Below are positions 1-9,649 of a stretch of 64,000 nucleotides of DNA, one piece after another (position 1 is the stretch's first letter; each line of letters begins with the position of its first letter). The notes under the pieces were generated by a model. That model saw only the letters and a list, made by a program, of their open reading frames with translations, was not told where the DNA came from and made no database searches. The position numbers and the translations under genes are program-made. This stretch comes from an uncultured Candidatus Saccharibacteria bacterium (GTDB lineage Bacteria; Patescibacteriota; WWE3; UBA101185; UBA10185): positions 5,458 through 69,457 of the forward strand of contig CAZEBU010000002.1 of NCBI GenBank assembly GCA_964510435.1, in the 5' to 3' direction.

Positions 1-180
1 AAATGGTACACCAAGTAGATACCCATTCAACATACCTTTTCCTTCAGGACATCCGACATAGGTAATACCCACTTCCCTATCACGTAAAACCCTAGTTATA
101 TTAAGCACTATCTTATCCCCTCCACCCATACTCTTTTCATCCACTTGCGCATTAAAAATTACCACCATCTCCCTTTTCAT
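1..180 (-). CDS. Glycosyltransferase family 4 protein, N-terminal part (runs off window start)
   Basis: Manual translation MKREMVVIFNAQVDEKSMGGGDKIVLNITRVLRDREVGITYVG shows a GT-B N-terminal strand plus GG motif. ATGA overlap with the upstream stop at 177-179. Confidence 0.6.
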   Translation of the reverse strand, partial: MKREMVVIFNAQVDEKSMGGGDKIVLNITRVLRDREVGITYVGCPEGKGMLNGYLLGVPF

Positions 181-860
181 TTCTTTACTGCCTTTATAAC
201 TATAGTGGAACCCAAGGTAGGAAAAACTTTCGCTAATAATTTACTGTTTATTTTTCCTTCTATATCAAAATTAACGACTGTAGATACTGAATTCACAGTC
301 TTGAAACCATGCTCCCCCAGTAAATTTTTCATAGTAGAAAAGGTAAAGTAACGAATATGCCCGGCATCCTCACTCCCTAAGGTTGTTTCTAGTAGAGGGC
401 CTTTACCCAATAACAACATCAATCTTCTCCCCAAGGTAGCCACGTTCGGAGTTGTAATGATTAGTACTCCACCTGGTATTAGAACATGGTTAATGTTTTC
501 AAGAAAAGAGTCTGTATCGTAAATATGTTCGATAATTTCTCCTGCCACAACTAAATCAAATTTTGTTTTGACATTTTCACCCCAATTTTCCTCAAGATTA
601 AGTTTTTTAACATTTAAACCCCTCTTCCTAGCCTCTTTTACTGCGTTGCTTGATACATCAATTCCCTGCGTTTTAAACCCTAGGTTTTCCATAAGACTCA
701 TGAGATACCCACCGCCGCACCCCACATCTAGAACCGTTCCTTCCTCAGGAAGTAGCGAAATTATCACCTGAAATCTTACCTTCGTGGCTTCGTTCATATC
801 TCCTAGGTCTTTATATTTTTCAGTATTAAATTTTTCTATTAATTCACTCTTATTTTGCAT
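177..860 (-). CDS. Class I SAM-dependent methyltransferase (glycan O-methyltransferase-like)
   Basis: VLDVGCGGG motif I, GEIIEHI, TTPN and GHIRYFT motifs. Confidence 0.85.
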   Translation of the reverse strand: MQNKSELIEKFNTEKYKDLGDMNEATKVRFQVIISLLPEEGTVLDVGCGGGYLMSLMENLGFKTQGIDVSSNAVKEARKRGLNVKKLNLEENWGENVKTKFDLVVAGEIIEHIYDTDSFLENINHVLIPGGVLIITTPNVATLGRRLMLLLGKGPLLETTLGSEDAGHIRYFTFSTMKNLLGEHGFKTVNSVSTVVNFDIEGKINSKLLAKVFPTLGSTIVIKAVKK

Positions 861-1824
861 AGCCTAATAAACCTTTAATGAAACCTGATATACCTTTTAA
901 TTGATTCGCATCTCTTGTTCTTATTGCATTATAGACCCAATAAAAATTTAAGAGCAGTGTGTTCAGAAATACACCTATCACCCCTTTAAAAGATTTCGGC
1001 CTTATGTGTTTTCGATAAAATATTCCTGTGTCTAAGCCAATTATATAAGCATTTCTTGATGATCCCATTCTCAAATGGTGGTGAGAAATAACTTTAGGAT
1101 TAAAAATTACTTTATAACCTACCTTTTTTATACGGATAAACAGATCGCCGTCAGCATGATTAAAATTAAATCTAGTATCAAAACCACCTACTTCCTCTAA
1201 GACACTTATTTTTATCACCATACTTGAAGTTGTGGCTAAATCAATTTCTTGTCGAGGAAAATCTTTAGCCTCAGGTAGTGCCGCTCCTAAACTATACGCG
1301 CCGCTTTCAAATAGATTACCGGGCGCTAAGACTTTGCCTTCCATTGCAAAATGCAAGTAAGGCCAAACCAGTATTCTGAAAAATATGTTTTTCTGTGAAA
1401 TCAAGTACAAACGATGCATTTCCCCAGTAGGGTAGGTTGTTGAAATAATTGGCCCGGTAACCACCCCAATACTATCATCGCTAGTTAGTTCCTTGTGCGC
1501 GTTTTCTAGCCAGTCAGGTTCTAGTTCAACATCGTCTGCTACATAGGCGAGTAGTTCTGTTTGTGCGTTTCGCCAACCAATCTCAAAAAGATGAGATAAC
1601 TTCTTCTTGGAATCATTGATCAATTTCAGACGACTCATGTCAAAGGAATGCTTTTTAAGTAAGGGGTTGAGTCTCGACAAGTCTTTATAATTTTCCACTA
1701 ACAATACCATGTGATCATCATAGGATTGGTTAAAAATGGATTTCAAAGTTCTTGGCAACTCTTTATCTCTAAGCTTGCTTGGATATGTGTTTACTATGAA
1801 AGTGTATTTTTCTTTTATTCCCAT
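850..1824 (-). CDS. Glycosyltransferase family 2
   Basis: GT-A pattern: YVADDVELEPDWL (DxD-like), VGGFD and HADGDLFIR. Confidence 0.85.
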   Translation of the reverse strand: MGIKEKYTFIVNTYPSKLRDKELPRTLKSIFNQSYDDHMVLLVENYKDLSRLNPLLKKHSFDMSRLKLINDSKKKLSHLFEIGWRNAQTELLAYVADDVELEPDWLENAHKELTSDDSIGVVTGPIISTTYPTGEMHRLYLISQKNIFFRILVWPYLHFAMEGKVLAPGNLFESGAYSLGAALPEAKDFPRQEIDLATTSSMVIKISVLEEVGGFDTRFNFNHADGDLFIRIKKVGYKVIFNPKVISHHHLRMGSSRNAYIIGLDTGIFYRKHIRPKSFKGVIGVFLNTLLLNFYWVYNAIRTRDANQLKGISGFIKGLLGYAK

Positions 1825-1850
1825 AAATCAAATGGCGATATCGTAGTCAT

Positions 1851-1884
1851 ATTTTAACATTATGGATTTGTTACTTGTTATAAT
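1851..1884. promoter_or_regulatory. Divergent extended -10 promoters
   Basis: Minus-strand TGtTAAAAT at 1851-1859 and plus-strand TGtTATAAT at 1876-1884, lying between divergent genes. Confidence 0.5.
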
Positions 1885-1898
1885 TGCTAAATATCAGC

Positions 1899-2771
1899 AT
1901 GAAAAATATTTTATTTAATGTTTTTAAGAAAGTTGTTAAGCCTCTTGAAAATAAAGGCTTATGGAAACTACCTCTAGTACCTATCATCTATGAAAAGGTC
2001 TACTCGCTTATCACCAACAATTCTGTATCTATGATTGAATATGATAACCTAAATATTTATGGTTATCACAATGATTCCGGTATGTTTCGAATCATGCAAC
2101 TCAACACGCATAACAAGTTCAAAGAGTTGGAATTATTTAAAAAACTTGTTCAAGGTACAGATTTCGTGATCGATATAGGAGCAAATATTGGAGTTAACAC
2201 TTTACTTGCTGGTAAATATATGAATAAAAATGGGGTAGTCCTTTCCTTCGAACCGAATTAAAAAAATTTCCTTATATTGAAAAGAAATGTGAATGAAAAT
2301 AATTTTAGCAATATTAAAATTTATAACCTAGCAGTAGCGGAAAAAAACAAGCAAGCAGAACTTAATATTGACAAGTATAGTTCCGGAGATCATTCGTTTT
2401 CGAAGAAGAATGTTCCAAGATACGCAAAATCCACATATGTAGAATGTACGAGTCTTGATGATTTCTTTAGTAAAAGTTACAGAAATAAAATAATAGATTT
2501 GCTCAAAATTGACACGCAAGGAGCTGAGATTTTAATTATTCAGGGAGCAAAAAAACTATTTGAGGAAAAAAGAATTAGTAAAATTTATATGGAATACTGG
2601 CCAGAGGGAATAATAAACGTGTCAGGAGAGAATAATTTACTTGATATGCTAAAGGAATACGGATTTAACATTAGCATAATTGAGGACGAGACGTATGAAC
2701 CTAAGGAATTAGATCTTGTAGACATACTACCCAACAGATATTATGACTTACTTTGTGCACTAGATTCCTAA
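1899..2771 (+). pseudogene. FkbM-family methyltransferase interrupted by an in-frame TAA at 2259-2261
   Basis: The two ORFs share one frame and read FEPN*KNFLILKRN across the stop. IDIGANIG and FEP lie in the first part; LKIDTQGAE and MEYWP lie in the second. Confidence 0.85.
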
Positions 2772-2780
2772 TGACTTAAA

Positions 2781-4061
2781 CTACTCATTACCAACCTGCC
2801 CTGTACCTTCCCAAACACTCTCCTTTCTAGTTCCGGGGTTAAAAATAACCCCCCCGAAAAGTCTGCTAAGAATGGGAAACGAATCTATCAGTAAATAACC
2901 CAGCACCATAAGCCTGCACGTAAATTTTTCACATTTCTTTACACTTGTTTGCGTATAGTATTCCTCATATTTCTTGATAATTTTTTCCCAAGGCATAGCT
3001 CGGGCTTTCTCCAAACCGCGATTGCTAAGTTCAGACAAAACCACGGGGTCATCAAGAAGTTTTTCAATAGTTTCCGCCAGCAATTCCGGATCCCTTGGCT
3101 CAAGCATAACACCGGTTTCCCCCACAACTTCCGGATTGGAACCACAGTTGGTAGTAAGTATCGGCGTCCCACAAGCCATGGCTTCTAAATACACCCAGCC
3201 AAATCCTTCGTACAGCGTGGGGAGTACGAATAAGTCAGCCAGGACATAGTATTTAGGTAATATAGGATTTACGTTCGAAATTTCCCCAATAAATCTCACA
3301 TAATCTTTTAATTTGTACATGAAAGCCTTATCTTCCAAAAACTTCCTTTCGACCCCATCACCCACAATTAACAGTTTAATGTTTCTAATCCTCCTCACGT
3401 TGACTAAAATATGCATAGCTTCAATAAGTGTAATGAGATTTTTTCTGGGATCTAGTCTACAAACAGTTAGTAGCACTTTTGTATCTTCGTTCCGTTTGTA
3501 TTTTTCCGCTAATTCATCAACTTCCAGATGAGGATTAAATCTCTCCAAATCAATACCTTTAGAGATCACTCGTGCTGAATAACCATATTTTTTACTTTGC
3601 TCATTCATAAAGTGTGTTACATGCACTACCCCATCAGCTCTTTTCCCTTCTAGTAATTCCAAGGGCGTATCGCCAGCCAAACAAATAACATAAGGGATAC
3701 CAAAAAATAACTTTATAAACCTCGCCAACAAGGCCTCTAATGAAAAATGTATGGAAATTACGTCAAACCTCTCACCCTTAATGTAAATTTGCACAAACTT
3801 TACAAAACTTTTTAGTAAAAATAAGAAGGCATAAAAAATCCCAAAGAATCCGTACGAATAATACCCTTTTGGGGATTTAAGAAAATGAGTTTTTATTCCT
3901 CTAATACCCTGTAAAGCATTCCCTTGCGTGGTTATTACAGTAACACTGTGTCCCCTTTTGACCGTCCAGTGAATAAAATCCTTCATAAAAGTTTCGTTGC
4001 CGCCCTCGTTGTAGCCAAGCCACCTATTTATTAATAAGATGTTTAATTTCTTATTTTGCAT
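2781..4061 (-). CDS. Glycosyltransferase family 4
   Basis: GGNET N-terminal motif, RLDPRKN, and EGFGWVYLEAMACG (EX7E). Confidence 0.92.
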   Translation of the reverse strand: MQNKKLNILLINRWLGYNEGGNETFMKDFIHWTVKRGHSVTVITTQGNALQGIRGIKTHFLKSPKGYYSYGFFGIFYAFLFLLKSFVKFVQIYIKGERFDVISIHFSLEALLARFIKLFFGIPYVICLAGDTPLELLEGKRADGVVHVTHFMNEQSKKYGYSARVISKGIDLERFNPHLEVDELAEKYKRNEDTKVLLTVCRLDPRKNLITLIEAMHILVNVRRIRNIKLLIVGDGVERKFLEDKAFMYKLKDYVRFIGEISNVNPILPKYYVLADLFVLPTLYEGFGWVYLEAMACGTPILTTNCGSNPEVVGETGVMLEPRDPELLAETIEKLLDDPVVLSELSNRGLEKARAMPWEKIIKKYEEYYTQTSVKKCEKFTCRLMVLGYLLIDSFPILSRLFGGVIFNPGTRKESVWEGTGQVGNE

Positions 4062-7000
4062 AGTTTTTTAAGCAAAGTAATTATATTGTAACTAATGAGA
4101 AGAGTATAAAGTAAGACAGAAAAATACAACCAAACTCTAGATAATTTAGCTGGAGAGAATTCAATGATAATTTCTTTTGCGCCCCCCAGTACATTCTCAT
4201 CCAAAATCCAGGAATTAGCATAACCGTTAGCCACAAAGTGTGGTGCAAAGATTTCTTGTCCTTCTTCATCGTATAGTTTCCACTCCGAATTGAACTGCTG
4301 GTTAAGGATGAGTACGTGATTTCCAAACAAGCTGCCAAGATTACCCACACGATATTTAGTAAGGGATTCTTCCTTAAAATCAGGCTGAACCTCTAAAGAT
4401 CTAATTTCCGGGATAATATTTTCATAATATATGGCCGGAAGCTGTTTTATACCAAAATTGAAGTCCTTCAGCTTGTAACCTTGGCTATCGGATATATTAA
4501 AGAGTAGAATGTAAAAACCCTTTGTGGCAACATCAGACTGCAATAGTCTCGTTACGGCAAACAATTTATCAGCTATCTCCTCGGGATTAGTCGGTACCAG
4601 AAAATAAGCTAGTCGCCTTCCCTTTTGGTAATTATCTCTTTTTGCACCAACCAGATACTCATCTTTAAGACTATCGTACTCTTCAATAATGGCTATGCCC
4701 ACACTCGGTTCCATTTTGTCGTATTTAAAGGAAAATTCATAGTTCAGAGAAGGAACTGTCTCTTCTACCTTAAAATAAGCTACATTATCCATTTCGTCTA
4801 CAAATGAGCTCTGCTCTGTAGTTTGCAAACTGAATCTGGTCAGCGCCACCAATGATTTCAATAACTGGTCATCGTTTACCTTTTCGGACGTAAATAATGT
4901 GGAACTAAGAAAGTCGCCATAATCAATAAGTGCTATATCTTCAGAATCAAAATCGTATATCTCAATTAACTTATCGCTGTCAAGTGATTCGGCACTCTTG
5001 ATAATTTCATAATCGGAAACATGAGACATGATAAGCTCACCCAAACCATCTTCATCAAAGTAGTAACAAATTCCCTGGCAAACTGTCGTATTACCTAAAA
5101 GCCACTCTTTAAAATCATCAAACAATAACCTCCCGCCCTCCTCCGTATAGCTAATGTCTTTATACATTTTGAAATTATGCTTTGCAAAAACGGTGTCGGC
5201 ATAGTTCACATGCGTAAATAGATCCTGAATAAGCAAAAAGTACTTTAAATCACGCTCCTCAAGAGGCACAGCAGAAAATACTTCCTGCATTTTTTGGTAA
5301 TTATCCACATATTCCTTGAAAGAAATCTCAGTGTCAGCTTCTTCGTGTAAAACAACTTCAGCTAATCTACGCGAATTATTATTGATAAGCAAACTATATG
5401 CCTCCCTATAACTACTGGCGTTCTCCACTCGTGATCTTTCTTTCTTCAGGTTAAGTTGGTACGAAAAAAGATTGCTGGGAGGCTGTACGTACCTGGGTAA
5501 TGAAAAACCTGCGGGCTTCATGTTGTTTAGATCAACGGAATAGTATCTTTTAGGAAAAACCAAGCGTGGGTATCCCTCCGAATTTGCTAAGTTTTCATCA
5601 AGCAAAACATCATACTCATCCATATAGCTTAGTAAAGTGTCATACGTGTAAACCCGCTTTTCGTTGGTGAATATAAAGTTATTGCTCAGTTTTATTTTTT
5701 GCGAAGGATCCACTACTTCGAATATGGCCACACGATCTGAAGTGTAACCTAGAGACTCCCTTGTAACCTCCCTAAACAAGTTTGACGCACTTACCTTATC
5801 AAAAAGATACCAGTAGTCAGGGCTCATCTTATCAAAATAAAAAACCAGATACTGCACATCCAGTTTTTTCATGATCGTCTCCACGGAATCGTCAAATTCC
5901 TCCATTAACTTGCGCACGAAGCCGGCATAGAAGGTATTGGAAACGTCGGTATCCTTTCCGGTAATTTTCACAAACCCCTGCGCAGGTGTTATATCGTAAA
6001 AGGACGATTGGAATCCTCTGTACTCACCATGAAACTCTTTCCTGCTAAAATCTTCTGAGCTTGAGGTAATGGGAACTTTTAAAACTTTGCTTTTAATGTC
6101 TTTTTTAAACAAGAAATTTTCTACATCTATATAGTCATGGGCATACTCAAAGGTACGCAGCTTAATATTTTCGATTTCTCCCTTGTCTTCGTATAATTTC
6201 CATAAAATGAAGGGGTTAGCGTTGAGAATTACTAACAATACGCTGAGATAGAAGATTTTACGGTTTTTCTTGTAAAAATAGTGTAAAAAGGCCGCCATAA
6301 AAATAGCACTAACCAAAGAAAGTAAAGCAATATTCCTCCCGGGATCTCTAATGATGTTGGTAAAGGGAAGCTTTGACAACCTGTACGAACCTAGCATTAA
6401 AAGTGTAAATGGGTACAAAGTTATAAAAAGCAAGCTAATTTTATGAATATTTCTTAATACTTTTACTTTGACGGCACTAAAAATGACAATTAAAACTCCG
6501 ACAAATGAGATGAGAGTCAAAAACTTCAAATACGAAGATTCGTAAGAATAATTAAAAATAGTTCCCCAACCACGCACAATATTTTGCAGTTGAAATCTAG
6601 TCCACATCCCCAAACTTACTGAACTAAGCACGTTATCCGAACCGAATACCTTGGGATCTTTAAAAGTAAATAGATTTATCAACCAGTAAAGATTAAGCGC
6701 TATTAAAAACACGTGCAGCAAAAAGGAATAAATAAGATATCTTCTTAGAAGCTTCTTCTCTCTAAGAAAACTAAGTCCCAATGCAAGTATAGTTATTGAG
6801 TACCAGACTATGGTCGTGGAGTTGGCTAAGGCTAGTGAATAAATAAGCAGACAGACTATCAGATACGCTACTTTATTTTCCCGCACAGACCTTAAAAATA
6901 GCAAGATAAACAAGGGCAGCACGGACATGGAAAAAAGCATGTAGTCCCAACCAATAACCGTAAAATTAAACATGAAAGGTGATGTTTGAAAAATAAAACC

Positions 7001-7390
7001 ACCAATAAACGAGGATGTCTTGTTTAAGCCAAAATATCTCAGAAGATGATACATACTTAAGCCAGCTGCAACGAAATAAGCCAGTAAAATTAGCTTTGAG
7101 ATAAAAGCTCCGCTTAAACCTAGCTTAAAGATCAGATTAATTAAAAAAATAAAAGGCAGAGACGACCGTACCGGCTCATAACCACCGATCAAGGAAAAAT
7201 TCCTCCAGGGGGAAAGGGCACTTTGTAACCACAAATCGCTTTGCAGCTTGGTATAAGGAAAAGACCAATCACCACCAACTATAATACCTTTGGATAAAAA
7301 TGCCGGTAATAAAAAAAATAGGCTGATAAATAGGAAGAGTAGAGCTGCAATTAACTTATCGTTTTTATAAATTTTTCTCTTTATATCCAT
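4043..7390 (-). CDS. Large membrane protein: GT-C-like N-terminus, large extracytoplasmic region and C-terminal TM (AftD/YfhO-like architecture)
   Basis: GGDWSFP first-loop acidic motif, ~400 aa of multiple TM helices, and C-terminal LNQQFNSEWK...HFVANGYANSW followed by a TM anchor. Confidence 0.6.
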   Translation of the reverse strand: MDIKRKIYKNDKLIAALLFLFISLFFLLPAFLSKGIIVGGDWSFPYTKLQSDLWLQSALSPWRNFSLIGGYEPVRSSLPFIFLINLIFKLGLSGAFISKLILLAYFVAAGLSMYHLLRYFGLNKTSSFIGGFIFQTSPFMFNFTVIGWDYMLFSMSVLPLFILLFLRSVRENKVAYLIVCLLIYSLALANSTTIVWYSITILALGLSFLREKKLLRRYLIYSFLLHVFLIALNLYWLINLFTFKDPKVFGSDNVLSSVSLGMWTRFQLQNIVRGWGTIFNYSYESSYLKFLTLISFVGVLIVIFSAVKVKVLRNIHKISLLFITLYPFTLLMLGSYRLSKLPFTNIIRDPGRNIALLSLVSAIFMAAFLHYFYKKNRKIFYLSVLLVILNANPFILWKLYEDKGEIENIKLRTFEYAHDYIDVENFLFKKDIKSKVLKVPITSSSEDFSRKEFHGEYRGFQSSFYDITPAQGFVKITGKDTDVSNTFYAGFVRKLMEEFDDSVETIMKKLDVQYLVFYFDKMSPDYWYLFDKVSASNLFREVTRESLGYTSDRVAIFEVVDPSQKIKLSNNFIFTNEKRVYTYDTLLSYMDEYDVLLDENLANSEGYPRLVFPKRYYSVDLNNMKPAGFSLPRYVQPPSNLFSYQLNLKKERSRVENASSYREAYSLLINNNSRRLAEVVLHEEADTEISFKEYVDNYQKMQEVFSAVPLEERDLKYFLLIQDLFTHVNYADTVFAKHNFKMYKDISYTEEGGRLLFDDFKEWLLGNTTVCQGICYYFDEDGLGELIMSHVSDYEIIKSAESLDSDKLIEIYDFDSEDIALIDYGDFLSSTLFTSEKVNDDQLLKSLVALTRFSLQTTEQSSFVDEMDNVAYFKVEETVPSLNYEFSFKYDKMEPSVGIAIIEEYDSLKDEYLVGAKRDNYQKGRRLAYFLVPTNPEEIADKLFAVTRLLQSDVATKGFYILLFNISDSQGYKLKDFNFGIKQLPAIYYENIIPEIRSLEVQPDFKEESLTKYRVGNLGSLFGNHVLILNQQFNSEWKLYDEEGQEIFAPHFVANGYANSWILDENVLGGAKEIIIEFSPAKLSRVWLYFSVLLYTLLISYNIITLLKKLCKIRN

Positions 7391-7405
7391 GACCCAGGAG
7401 TATCG

Positions 7406-8560
7406 CTAAAGATAACTTTTTAAGACCCTGACCATATTTTTAGCTATCTTGTGATGATTAAATACATTATTAGCAGTTTTCAAGCCACCTTTGACAAGTT
7501 TTTCATAAATATCCGTATTTTCATATAGGTAATCCATTTTCTCAGCTAGATCCTTAGCATCATCGGGTTCATAATAAACAGCGTTTTTTTTATCTTCTAT
7601 CACTTTCTCAAAAGCAGCTAATTTAGGAACTAAGGTAGGTTTTTTATAGGCCCAATTCTCTAAAAGGCAGGTGGTGACCACAAAATTATTAGCCATATTA
7701 GAACTTCTCATAACAACACTGACCTGTACTTCTCTCATTAGCTTGGCTAGTTTTTCATGGTTATACCAACCGGTAAAAGTAACATTTCTTAGCTTGATCT
7801 TTTTGGCATAAGATTTTATGGCTTCTTCTTCCCCTCCTCCACCGGCTATAATTAACCCCACATCCTTATGCTTTTTTTTAAATATTTTAAAGGCGTCAAA
7901 CAAAGTCTCCAGACCTTTGCACTTTAGCAAAGATCCGTGAAACATAATTTTCTTTGTTCTCGGCACCGCAATATCCGAAAAATCGGTATTTTTTAAATTG
8001 ATACTTTCCTGCACATAGGTAATTTTTTTCTTATCAACTCCTTGTTCAATAATATATTTTTTAAAGGGCTCACTGATAGCTACTACACCGTCCAATTTCT
8101 TCCACATTATCACCTCAATTTTTAAAGCTATCTTAAAAAGCATGGGATATGTATCCGCCAGGGAATAACCCGTTTGCAAGTCTCCCAGTCGAATGACTAC
8201 TTTAGATCTAGGGCTGATCATCTTGGCAATGAATCCGTAGTACGGTACCGAATCATCACAGTAAACAAGGTTAAAATTATATTTTTTCTGTAAAGATCGC
8301 ACGTAAAACGGTGCGAGAACGATCCAAAGGTAGGTTTTCCTCACTTTGTCCGAATGGTCACTCCTGTCAAAGGTAAACGGAAGCCTAATATACTCCAGAC
8401 CTTCCATCTCCTTGGGATATTTTTCCTCTTCCTTATAAGTAAGATAGTAAACTTCATAGTCGTTTCTTATTAATTCACGAAGAAACTCCATAAATGACGC
8501 ATTTGTTCCAACTACCTGTCTAGGGGGGTATCTATGTAAAACCAGTATTCTCTTCTTCAT
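7406..8560 (-). CDS. Glycosyltransferase family 4
   Basis: FHGSLLKCKG, IIAGGG and FTGW motifs. Start moved to ATG 8560, which gives an ATGA overlap with the upstream stop. Confidence 0.85.
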   Translation of the reverse strand: MKKRILVLHRYPPRQVVGTNASFMEFLRELIRNDYEVYYLTYKEEEKYPKEMEGLEYIRLPFTFDRSDHSDKVRKTYLWIVLAPFYVRSLQKKYNFNLVYCDDSVPYYGFIAKMISPRSKVVIRLGDLQTGYSLADTYPMLFKIALKIEVIMWKKLDGVVAISEPFKKYIIEQGVDKKKITYVQESINLKNTDFSDIAVPRTKKIMFHGSLLKCKGLETLFDAFKIFKKKHKDVGLIIAGGGGEEEAIKSYAKKIKLRNVTFTGWYNHEKLAKLMREVQVSVVMRSSNMANNFVVTTCLLENWAYKKPTLVPKLAAFEKVIEDKKNAVYYEPDDAKDLAEKMDYLYENTDIYEKLVKGGLKTANNVFNHHKIAKNMVRVLKSYL

Positions 8561-9594
8561 GCATGCTCTCCAAGGTGCTCTTGTATGAGATTGGTGTTGG
8601 TGATGATCCAATCAGCCATTTTCTCCACACCTTCCTGTGGTATCGTTTTGGGTTCCCAGTCAAGTTCATCCTTAATTTTTGAGACATCTGATATGTAGAC
8701 AGGTTGATCCCCGGGTCGCCATTCGTCAAACTTATAGTCTATTTTCTTTTCCAGAAGACCCTCCAGCATCTCCAATAACTCCAGCAACGATAGGGTGTTG
8801 TTTGGCCCTCCTCCCACGTTGTAAATTTCTCCCGAAACTTTATCGATGTTTTTTGTTGCTAAATCCCAAGCTTCAAATAAATCATCGGCGTATAAAACAT
8901 CTCTCACCTGCATTCCATCACCAAAAATGGTTATCGGCTTACCTAGTTGAGCAGCAATCGTAAACCAGGCAACCCAACCCTGGTCTTCGATACCAAACTG
9001 TCTTTTACCATAAATGCAAGACTGTCTCATAACTACTGATCTAAGATCATACATTCTGGAAAAATCGCGTACATACTGATCCGCTGCACCTTTGGAACAT
9101 CCATACGGGGAATGAAAATCCAACAATCTATCTTCAGAAATACCTTTAGGTAAATCTTTAAAAACGTAGCGATGACCCTCTTTAACAATTTCAATCTCAG
9201 ACATTCCTCCATAAACCTTATTAGTTGAGGAATAAATAATCAGGGGTTTTCTCTCCGACCTGCGAATAGCCTCCAAAACATTAATCGTACCTAGAGCATT
9301 GGTGTCAAAGTCATCTTTGGGGTATTCATAAGAAGTTGTAACAGCCACCTGCCCGGCCAAGTGATAAACAGCATCTACCTGTTCTATTAAATTTCGCATT
9401 TTGTCAAAATCCACTCTTATATCAGCATGCACAAATTTCACTTTAGGGTATTTTTCCTGGAGATAAATAAGATTGGCCACGGCTCCTTTTCGGGAAAGAT
9501 TATCCAGCAAGATAACTTCCTCACTGCGATCCAATAGTTTTTCAGCAAAATTCGTACCTGTAAATCCGCAACCGCCTGTTAGCAAATATTTCAT
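8557..9594 (-). CDS. NAD-dependent epimerase, CDP-paratose 2-epimerase (RfbE/Tyv)-like
   Basis: TGGCGFTG, AGQVAVTTS, DFHSPYGCSKG (YxxxK), RQSCIYG, EDQGWVAWF and RPGDQ motifs. Confidence 0.85.
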   Translation of the reverse strand: MKYLLTGGCGFTGTNFAEKLLDRSEEVILLDNLSRKGAVANLIYLQEKYPKVKFVHADIRVDFDKMRNLIEQVDAVYHLAGQVAVTTSYEYPKDDFDTNALGTINVLEAIRRSERKPLIIYSSTNKVYGGMSEIEIVKEGHRYVFKDLPKGISEDRLLDFHSPYGCSKGAADQYVRDFSRMYDLRSVVMRQSCIYGKRQFGIEDQGWVAWFTIAAQLGKPITIFGDGMQVRDVLYADDLFEAWDLATKNIDKVSGEIYNVGGGPNNTLSLLELLEMLEGLLEKKIDYKFDEWRPGDQPVYISDVSKIKDELDWEPKTIPQEGVEKMADWIITNTNLIQEHLGEHA

Positions 9595-9649
9595 AACTGA
9601 TAAACATCCTACCCGATTTTTTGGAAATGTTAAAATGCAGCTAGTGTTA

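Noticed and set aside
2259-2261. Stop-codon reassignment or alternative genetic code explaining the FkbM internal stop
   Set aside because: TAA, TAG and TGA all terminate conserved genes in this window, and no other gene has internal stops.
2849-2855. C7 tract, and several T8/A8 tracts in GT genes, as phase-variation switches
   Set aside because: The runs are short, expected in AT-rich Lys/Phe-rich coding DNA, and all frames are intact.
9473-9649. N-terminal extension of the 762-aa ORF overlapping the epimerase head-to-head
   Set aside because: A later ATG (9635 or 9650) with an extended -10 removes the overlap. Similar over-long starts were trimmed for 8611, 13807, 44272 and 59097.
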